Assembly: GCA_032718475.1 (NCBI GenBank)
Contig: JAUCBJ010001675.1
Coordinates: 1 to 56,758, forward strand
Source: Nemertoderma westbladi
Taxonomy: Eukaryota; Animalia; Xenacoelomorpha
Reading direction: 5' to 3'
Length of the DNA: 56,758 nucleotides
Shown: piece after piece, positions 49,283 through 56,758 of the stretch
Layout of the letters: each line of letters begins with the position of its first letter
Position numbering within the stretch: position 1 is the first letter of the stretch
Translations under genes and position numbers: made by a program
The notes under the pieces: generated by a model
Database searches by the model: none
Told to the model about the DNA's origin: nothing
The model's input: the letters and a program-made list of their open reading frames with translations, nothing else

Positions 49283-52068
49283 CGCTTCCTATGGTACAGC
49301 GGCGACGAGGAACCGTCGACAATACCGATGTACAAGATGGAGGTGCAGAACATGGGGGCCAAGTCATCCCCATTTACGGCGACTGTGGCTGTAAGAGATA
49401 CGGTAGAAGGGAAAGAGGGGAAGTATAGCGCCAAAGCGATCGATATGATTCGACGCGGCTTCTATGTAGACGACGGGATGGAGTCTGGGAAGACGGTTAA
49501 AGAATTACTGGATACAGGGCGCGAGGTTCGCGACATCCTGAAAGGATCCGGATTTAACCTGACCAAGTTTCAATCCAGCTCAGAGGAGTTTATGGAAGCC
49601 ATAGAGGACAGGCGGCCAGAGTCGACCATGGACAACACCACAACTGCCAATTGACAAGACCTGGTGGACAAGAGAGTAGAGTCTCAGCCAAAGGTGCTGG
49701 GGATCGTATGGAACCGGGAGACAGACGAGTTCAAGTACCAACTGAGCCAGGAGGGTGCGGATATCCACACAAAGAAGGGCTATGTATCATACGATCCCTT
49801 AGGCCTAGCATCCCCGTTGTTAGTCACGGGGAAACAGATACTTAAGAAAGTATATAAGTTGAAGGACGAGTGGGATACAGAAGTCCCGGAAGAAATTAAC
49901 AAGCAATGGAGTAAGTGGACGGGGTGTTTAGAACAGATGGGGACGTACAGCATGCCACGCGTGTACTTCCCGGACAGGGACATGACAAATCTGGACCTAC
50001 ACATGTTCTCCGATGCATCATTGGAAGCATACGGAGCGGCACTCTACCTAGTACAGCGAAAGGGGGCTCATAAGCCCAAACTTGCATTCAGTAAAGCAAA
50101 GTCGATGCCGCCAGATTCAGCATCAGTCCCAAAACTCGAGTTGACAGCTGCAAGATTAGGAGTAAGGGGCACAGCCTACTTGATGGACACCATTCCCAAC
50201 ATAGTGGAAACACACTACTGGACGGACTCCATGGTAGTGCTTGGATGGCTGCACAATGAGAAGACGAGATACACTATATTCGTTGCGAATAGGGTGGACG
50301 AAATAAGGGCGACGACAGACTTGGACAGGTGGCACTACTGCCCAATGGACGAGAACCCAGCAGACTTGTTATCGAGGGGCGTGGCACGCCACACTTTCTT
50401 AAAGAAGGAAGTGTTGTGGCAACATGGGCCACACTTGCTGAACGATACATCGGCCTGGCCACCAATGAAGAAGGTGGACCCGGTTTCAGAGGGAGTAGCA
50501 CCAGGGGAAGAGGGAGAAGATTCAGAAGGTGAAGAGATATATAGTCAGATGGTGAGGGAAGTCAGGGAGGTGCAACCGAAATTAGAAGAGCCATGCGAAA
50601 ACCCGACGGATAGGCTACTCAGCTACAGCTCTAGCTGGTACAAGACCAAGAAGTTGGTAGCGTACTGGAGGTCCTACGGGGATTTCCTCAGGGGAGTTGG
50701 CAAAGACGCCAAGGGGAAACCAAACATCAATCTGGAGGGAACGGCTAAGGCCGTGATACGGTACGAACAGAGAAAGAACTACGGCGACGAAGTGGATCGA
50801 ATTAGCAAGCAACAACATCTTCGTCGGGACAGCGAGCTCATCACGCTGTCACCACAATTCAACGATGACGGGATTCTGGTAATGAATTCCAGAGTGCTGA
50901 ACAACAACAGCCTTATCATCCCACCAAAACCCATTATCATCCCCAACAGATCGCCGATAGTCCACCAGATCATTTGGGACTCCCACAAGTCGATATTGCA
51001 TGGAGGCACCAACCAGACCCTCACGGAGATACGGAGGACCTTCTGGATCACGCAGCTAAGAAAGAAGGTGAAGGCGGTAGTGGGGCAGTGCCAGACCTGC
51101 CGACGGACGAGAAAGGAGCGGGCCGTACAGGAGATGGCGCCATTACCGGCCAGTACAGTGAGACAGCTCGACCCGCCATTCATGCACTGCGGCGTAGACA
51201 TGTTCGGGCCGATTAAGATTAAGGTGATGTCATCTTCTTTTGTAACAACACGAGGGCGGTACGAATAGAACTCGCCCAGGATGCTACTGCATTGGCATTC
51301 ATCAATGCCTTAGAAAGATTCAGAGACCGCAAAGGTGGAACGATCGCAGTGATCTATTCCGACAATGGAACCAACTTTGTGGGGGCGGAGAACGAGTTGG
51401 CGGAGGCCTTGGACATCCTGGAAGGAGAAGAAGTCAGGGCAGCCATGAGGAGATGACAGGTGAAGTGGGAAATAAGGACGCCATATGCGCCACATACTTT
51501 AGGATACGTAGAGAGACTTGTGGGTAGTTCCAAGCATCTGATGATGGAATTGATGAACACCCACATGGTGACAGAGGACATACTAAGGACGGTGCTAGCC
51601 AAGTGCAAGGGCATCATCAATAGCAGACCGCTATATCCAGAAAATGACGACCCAGAATCACTAGATGTGCTAACACCCAGCCACTTTCTGATGGAAAGGC
51701 CAGCAACCATCGACATGTGGGGTGTAGACCCAGATGACATACACTCCCGACAGAGTTGGAAAGTCGCCAAGGCGATAAGCGCAGAGTACTGGAGGAGGTG
51801 GGTCGAGGATTACCTACCCACATTACATAGGAGGAACAAGTGGAGAAATACCACTAGAGAGTTGAAGAAAGGTGATTTGGTGATCATCACGGACGACACA
51901 ATCATCAACAATCAGTGGAGGCTAGCGAGAGTAGTAGACACTTACCCTGACGAGGACGGAAGAGTCCGATCGGTGGAAGTGTGGATAGGGGGTAAGATAG
52001 GAGCAAAGGATAGGAAGACCTACAGGAGGGCTGTAGAAAAATGCTGCGTGCTAGAAGGGGCACCATAG
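49283..52068 (+). pseudogene. BEL/Pao pol: partial RT, RNase H and integrase, with frameshifts and stops
   Basis: RFLW, GAKSSPF, FYVDD, KVLGIVW, YDPLG, LHMFSDAS, PKLEL, YWTDS, NPADLLSRG, H..H/CQTC, GVDMFGP, IYSDNGTNF, ERLV, INSRPL, LTPSHFL and W.RW..DYL motifs. Confidence 0.93.
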
Positions 52069-52254
52069 AGTTTAGTCGTCCAGGTGTTGGACTGAGGGGG
52101 GTGGGATTGAGGGCGAGATGCCCTTCCCACAAAAAATATAAAAAAAAATAAATAAAAAAAAAATAATAGAAAGAAGGTTAGAAAGTTAGAAAGAAAAAGT
52201 AATAGTAGATAGTACGTAGTAGTAAGTAAGTAGGCAGATAGAAGTTAGTAAGAG

Positions 52255-52800
52255 TTAGTTGGAGAGTAAGAGGGTACACAGTACCGTTAGTAAGAGTTAG
52301 TAAGAGTCAGGGTGTAAGAGGGTACATAGTACCGTTAGTAGGGTGTAAGAGGGTACGCAGTACTGTTAGTAAGAGTTAGTAAGAGTCAGGGTGTAAGAGG
52401 GTACGTAGTACCGTTAGTTATAGAGTAAGAGGGTATGTAGTACCATTAGTGGAGTTAGTTAGAGAGTAAGAGAGTACGTAGTGCCATTAGTGGAGTTAGT
52501 TAGAGAATAAGAGGGTACGTAGTACTGTTAGTGGAGTTAGTTAGAGAGTAAGAGGGTACGTAGTACCGTTAGTGGAGTTAGTTAGAGAGTAAGAGGGTAC
52601 GTAGTACCGTTAGTGGAGTTAGTTAGAGAGTAAGAGTGTACATAGTACCGTTAGTGGAGTTAGTTAGAGAGTAAGACGGTACGTAGTACCGTTAGCAGAG
52701 TTAGTTAGAGTTGTAAGAGGGTACGTAGTACCGTTAGTAGAGTCAGAGAGTTAGTAAGAGTTAGAGAGTTAGTAGAGTTAGAGAGTTAGTAGGGTTAATA
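52255..52800 (+). repeat. Array of ~12 GGTAC-RYA-GTACC hairpins in C-poor linkers (partly 41-bp period)
   Basis: GTAAGAGGGTACGTAGTACCGTTAG and variants; the same motif occurs twice in the array at 2033-2122. Confidence 0.88.
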
Positions 52801-53303
52801 GTAAGAAGTGAGAGGGGGGCACGTGGGTACAGCAGGACAGACCGTGTAGGCCGCATGAGACATACTACTGTACTACACAGCCTGTAGAGTAGGTCAGAAT
52901 GTTGATACAGGGCCAGGAGGTTACCTGGTGCAGACTAGCACAGTAAGGAATAGCTAGTCTACCCTGTATGCAAACCATAGGGGTTATTTAGACGAAATAA
53001 TCCACTATGGATATTAATAGCACAGTAGCAGAATTAAAATTTATAATTAAATTGAAATTCAACAAATTATAGTAACAGTAGACAGAAAATTCTAGAATAT
53101 AATAAAAGTAACTGACAGTTTTAGGGAATTTAGGGAAATTTAGCATTTTTAGGGGGTACATAGGCAAATATAGTGTAAAAACCTAGTGTTCTGAGAGAGA
53201 TAGGCCATTATCGGACCGCACAGACCATCCTAACTACATCACTCACCTATTTTGAGCCTTGGTAAGGCACCACCTTGTAGGTGAGCGATCGGGAGCGTTC
53301 AAA

Positions 53304-54516
53304 ATGGTGGAGAAACTTGTCAGAAAGAGAAAGGGGGAAATAGGTGGAAAGGAGATATTAGTAGATTCCACCCAGAGGCATCCGGAGGAGAAGATGAGGG
53401 GATACTACGAGCGGTTAGAGAAGGGTCATAAGGCGCGAGCGCTGCAGGACCATTTCAGGGAGGTGCACGAGAGGCGGCTGGTCGGGACCTACGGGACCCC
53501 GTCGCTAGACAATGCAATCCTCGAGCATTTCCACTACGTAGTGAAGGGAGACGAGGTGAAGTTTGGGATACCGAAGTATCTGAGGGAACCACCGAGAAAG
53601 GACTGGAAGAGGTTCGTAGAGTCCGTCAGCAGGGGAGGATACATGGTCCTAGACGACGAAGGGACCGTAGAAGACAACGAGGGTTTGAGAAGAGGGTCGG
53701 CGGGGTCGGCCAGAACCATACTTCTGCATTTGGCTGCGCCAAATGGGGACATATTCCTGTTCGATCTGGGAACGTATGGGAAGAAGAGCAGGCCAAAGTT
53801 GAACCGGTTGCCAAGGGCGGTGCAGAACCTAGTAAGGGAGAAGTCGACAATGAAGGTGGGATCGGCGATCTGCGACGATGCGGAGAGGATCGTCGGACCG
53901 GAGACCCCCAACCTCCTGGACATGCAAACGGTCTACATGGCCATGGCAGGGCCAGCCGGGTTGGGACTAGTAGAGAACACAGGACATTGCGGAGCAGTGG
54001 CGATGGGCCAGCTGATGGGACTCGTCTGCCACAAGCCAATGGACTGGGGTAAATTCAGGGAGGAGTATGGAGCGGAGTTGGCGAACTCGCTAAATTGGGG
54101 AGCGAGGCCAGGGAAACAGGAGGTGTAGCAATTCTGGAAAGGAGCGATAAAAAAGATATATCAGAAGCGATATATCCTGCAGGAGGATTGGATAATGATA
54201 GGTTTACTAAACCTATTCATGGCCGTGGTTATCGGAAGAGAGCCAACGGCGTTTCTGCTGTCGGGATCATCCCTGAACTACAGAAGAGCCTTCAAGGTGG
54301 CCTTCGAGGGTCTGGCAGACCACCCGGGGCTGAAGGGCGAGTCGGTATACTATAACTGCCGATATCTAGTAGACAGGGAGGTGGATACACCATATCAGAG
54401 GTGGGAGAAGCTGGAGGCAGATAGACTAGAGGAGAAGCGATTGGAAGAAATCGCCAGACGAGAAAGGAGGGAGGCAGACGAAAGAGAGGCAGAAGCTAGA
54501 GGAGAGGGCTATGGCT
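53304..54516 (+). CDS. Retroelement ORF2: DEDDy-type 3'-5' exonuclease (RNase D/WRN/EXD2/Mut-7-like), one in-frame TAG at 54126-54128, 3'-truncated
   Basis: ExoI YMVLDDEG; TILLHLAAPNGDIFLFDL; LPRAVQNLVREKSTMKVGSAICDDAERI (ExoII); NLLDM; ExoIII-like QKRYILQED after the TAG, in frame with ORF 54195-54518. Kozak-like AAAATGG. Confidence 0.7.
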
Positions 54517-55759
54517 GAGGGAGAAGATTCAGAAGGTGAAGAGATATATAGTCAGATGGTGAGGGAAGTCAGGGAGGTGCAACCGAAATTAGAAGAGCCA
54601 TGCGAAAACCCGACGGATAGGCTACTCAGCTACAGCTCTAGCTGGTACAAGACCAAGAAGTTGGTAGCGTACTGGAGGTCCTACGGGGATTTCCTCAGGG
54701 GAGTTGGCAAAGACACCAAGGGGAAACCAAACATCGATCTGGAGGGAACGGCTAAGGCCGTGATACGGTACGAACAGAGAAAGAACTACGGCGACGAAGT
54801 GGATCGAATTAGCAAGCAACAACATCTTCGTCGGGACAGCGAGCTCATCACGCTGTCACCACAATTCAACGATGACGGGATTCTGGTAATGAATTCCAGA
54901 GTGCTGAACAACAACAGCCTTATCATCCCACCAAAACCCATTATCATCCCCAACAGATCGCCGATAGTCCACCAGATCATTTGGGACTCCCACAAGTCGA
55001 TATTGCATGGAGGCACCAACCAGACCCTCACGGAGATACGGAGGACCTTCTGGATCGCGCAGCTAAGAAAGAAGGTGAAGGTGGTAGTGGGGCAGTGCCA
55101 GACCTGCCGACGGACGAGAAAGGAGCGGGCCGTACAGGAGATGGCGCCATTACCGGCCAGTACAGTGAGACAGCTCGACCCGCCATTCACGCACTGCGGC
55201 GTAGACATGTTCGGGCCGATTAAGATTAAGGTGTTGTCATCTTCTTTTGTAACAACACGAGGGCGGTACGAATAGAACTCGCCCAGGATGCTACTGCATT
55301 GGCATTCATCAATGCCTTAGAAAGATTCAGAGACCGCAAAGGTGGAACGATCGCAGTGATCTATTCCGACAATGGAACCAACTTTGTGGGGGCAGAGAAC
55401 GAGTTGGCGGAGGCCTTGGACATCCTGGAAGGAGAAGAAGTCAGGGCAGCCATGAGGAGATGACAGGTGAAGTGGGAAAGAAGGACGCCATATGCGCCAC
55501 ATACTTTAGGATACGTCGAGAGACTTGTGGGTAGTTCCAAGCATCTGATGATGAAATTGATGAACACCCACATGGTGACAGAGGACATACTAAGGACGGT
55601 GCTAGCCAAGTGCAAGGGCATCATCAATAGCAGACCGCTATATCCAGAAAATGACGACCCAGAATCACTAGATGTGCTAACACCCAGCCACTTTCTGATG
55701 GAAAGGCCGGCAACCATCGACATGCGGGGTGTAGACCCAGATGACATACACTCCCGACA
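54517..55759 (+). repeat. 1243-bp internal duplication of pol 50510-51752
   Basis: Constant offset of 4007; 12 substitutions counted by eye; both copies share the same lesions. Confidence 0.95.
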
Positions 55760-55760
55760 A

Positions 55761-56060
55761 ATATTATGCCGTTACCAGTCTGGCTATTCAGTTATTCAGT
55801 TATTGGTTTTAGTGTAGACCGGTGACATTTCTCACCGTCACCAACGTCACCAATATATCCACTCATACAGGTATCCATCAAATTCTGTACTAAGTACGTT
55901 ATTGTGCTATTATTGTCACTGTATTAATATTCAGTTATTGTGTCAAGAAACAACAACGAACTCTCATCCCTATTATTTCAACAACGGCCTCGGCCTAACT
56001 ACTAGACAAACGGTGACGCGTAGTTTATTGATCCGGTCGGGATCCCTTGATCCCGTCACA
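55761..56060 (+). repeat. 3' half of the 3' LTR
   Basis: Copy of 46231-46530 with 9 substitutions counted by eye, followed by TSD ATAGA. Confidence 0.92.
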
Positions 56061-56065
56061 ATAGA

Positions 56066-56600
56066 TCTACATAGTATTGCACTTTTCGATTGATTATATG
56101 TATGTATGGTATGCATTAACTTTTACTTATATAAAAAAAAGGTGTGAGCCTTGAGTATTGGTTAGTTTAGCCCTCGCGGTGCCTTCCAGGCATATCAATA
56201 CAGTCTGGTATCAATCTCAAAGTTAAGACTTCCCTCCCGTTTCCTCTGGAAACCACCTCATCTCCTTGCCCCTGTCGTCGTCCTGTCTCGGGCGTTTCTT
56301 CTGCTCTTGTTTGCTCTCCAACGCACTCATCTGCGCCAATACAGCTTTGCCAATCCCCGCAGTTGGATCCTTGGGTGTGGCCGTTATCATTTCGCGGTAT
56401 CGTTTCGCTGGCGGTCCCACTGAGTGTCCCTCCTGCTTTCCTCTGGTAGCGTCCCACATGATGATCTTCGTGGCACGTGGTATATGTTCTGCCAGAAAGC
56501 TCCTAAACTCCATTCTATTCTCCAGCGACCACCTGTCTAGGTACCGTTGGGTATTAATAACCCCTCCGGGGTTAACTAACCTCTCAGGGAGTTATCTCAG
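56066..56600 (-). mobile_element. Probable continuation of the minus-strand element, with the end of an unidentified ORF
   Basis: Lies beyond the TSD; minus-strand frame LPERLVNPGGVINTQRYLDRWSLENRMEFRSF...GGKS*; composition resembles the retroelement. Confidence 0.45.
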
Positions 56601-56758
56601 CCTGTTACACCGGTGCGGTGCGGTGCGGTATGGTTAGGGAACAATTTTTATCAGTTTGAGACGATGTTTGAACTAGCATACAGGATAGCAGGCCTACAGC
56701 AAACAACCAATAATAGAGATTACAAAACATAATGGACTAGGATGCCCCAAGAGATTAA

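Larger units (their letters stand above)
45909..56060 (+). mobile_element. BEL/Pao LTR retrotransposon (defective) with 5-bp TSD ATAGA
   Basis: ATAGA|TGTAAG...GTCACA|ATAGA; 46231-46530 is repeated at 55761-56060; BEL/Pao RT-RNase H-integrase order. Confidence 0.93.

Noticed and set aside
53259-54518. env gene in the ORF2 position
   Set aside because: No signal peptide, furin site/fusion peptide or clear TM anchor; exonuclease motifs fit better.
46443-55747. Many short minus-strand ORFs over the retroelement
   Set aside because: Antisense shadows of gag/pol/ORF2 with no recognisable motifs.

Overview
Metazoan (non-vertebrate-like) nuclear DNA rich in repeats. The + strand carries eight C-terminal exons of DNAJC13/RME-8 (3775-24531). 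Four convergent exons of a myosin-XVIII-like coiled-coil tail lie on the - strand (27045-28676), followed by two tandem single-exon UDP-glycosyltransferases (-). There are three copies of one BEL/Pao LTR-retrotransposon lineage: a deleted copy in a DNAJC13 intron (1-3270), and a TSD-flanked copy (45909-56060) nested inside an oppositely oriented relative. LINE, SINE, MITE and Helitron-like fragments and five large tandem arrays make up much of the rest. Best candidates for something new: (1) a BEL/Pao family with a second ORF encoding a DEDDy/RNase D-WRN-type 3'-5' exonuclease, arrays of RNA hairpins in C-poor linkers, two PPT-like tracts, covarying terminal structures and no tRNA PBS; (2) repeated tandem amplification of DNAJC13's own splice junctions, one array forming ~30 potential in-frame 18-nt microexons (VAGYLT); (3) two intact UGTs with the catalytic His/Asp dyad apparently changed to Gln/Asn. 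All homology calls are from recalled motifs and sequences; no searches were run.
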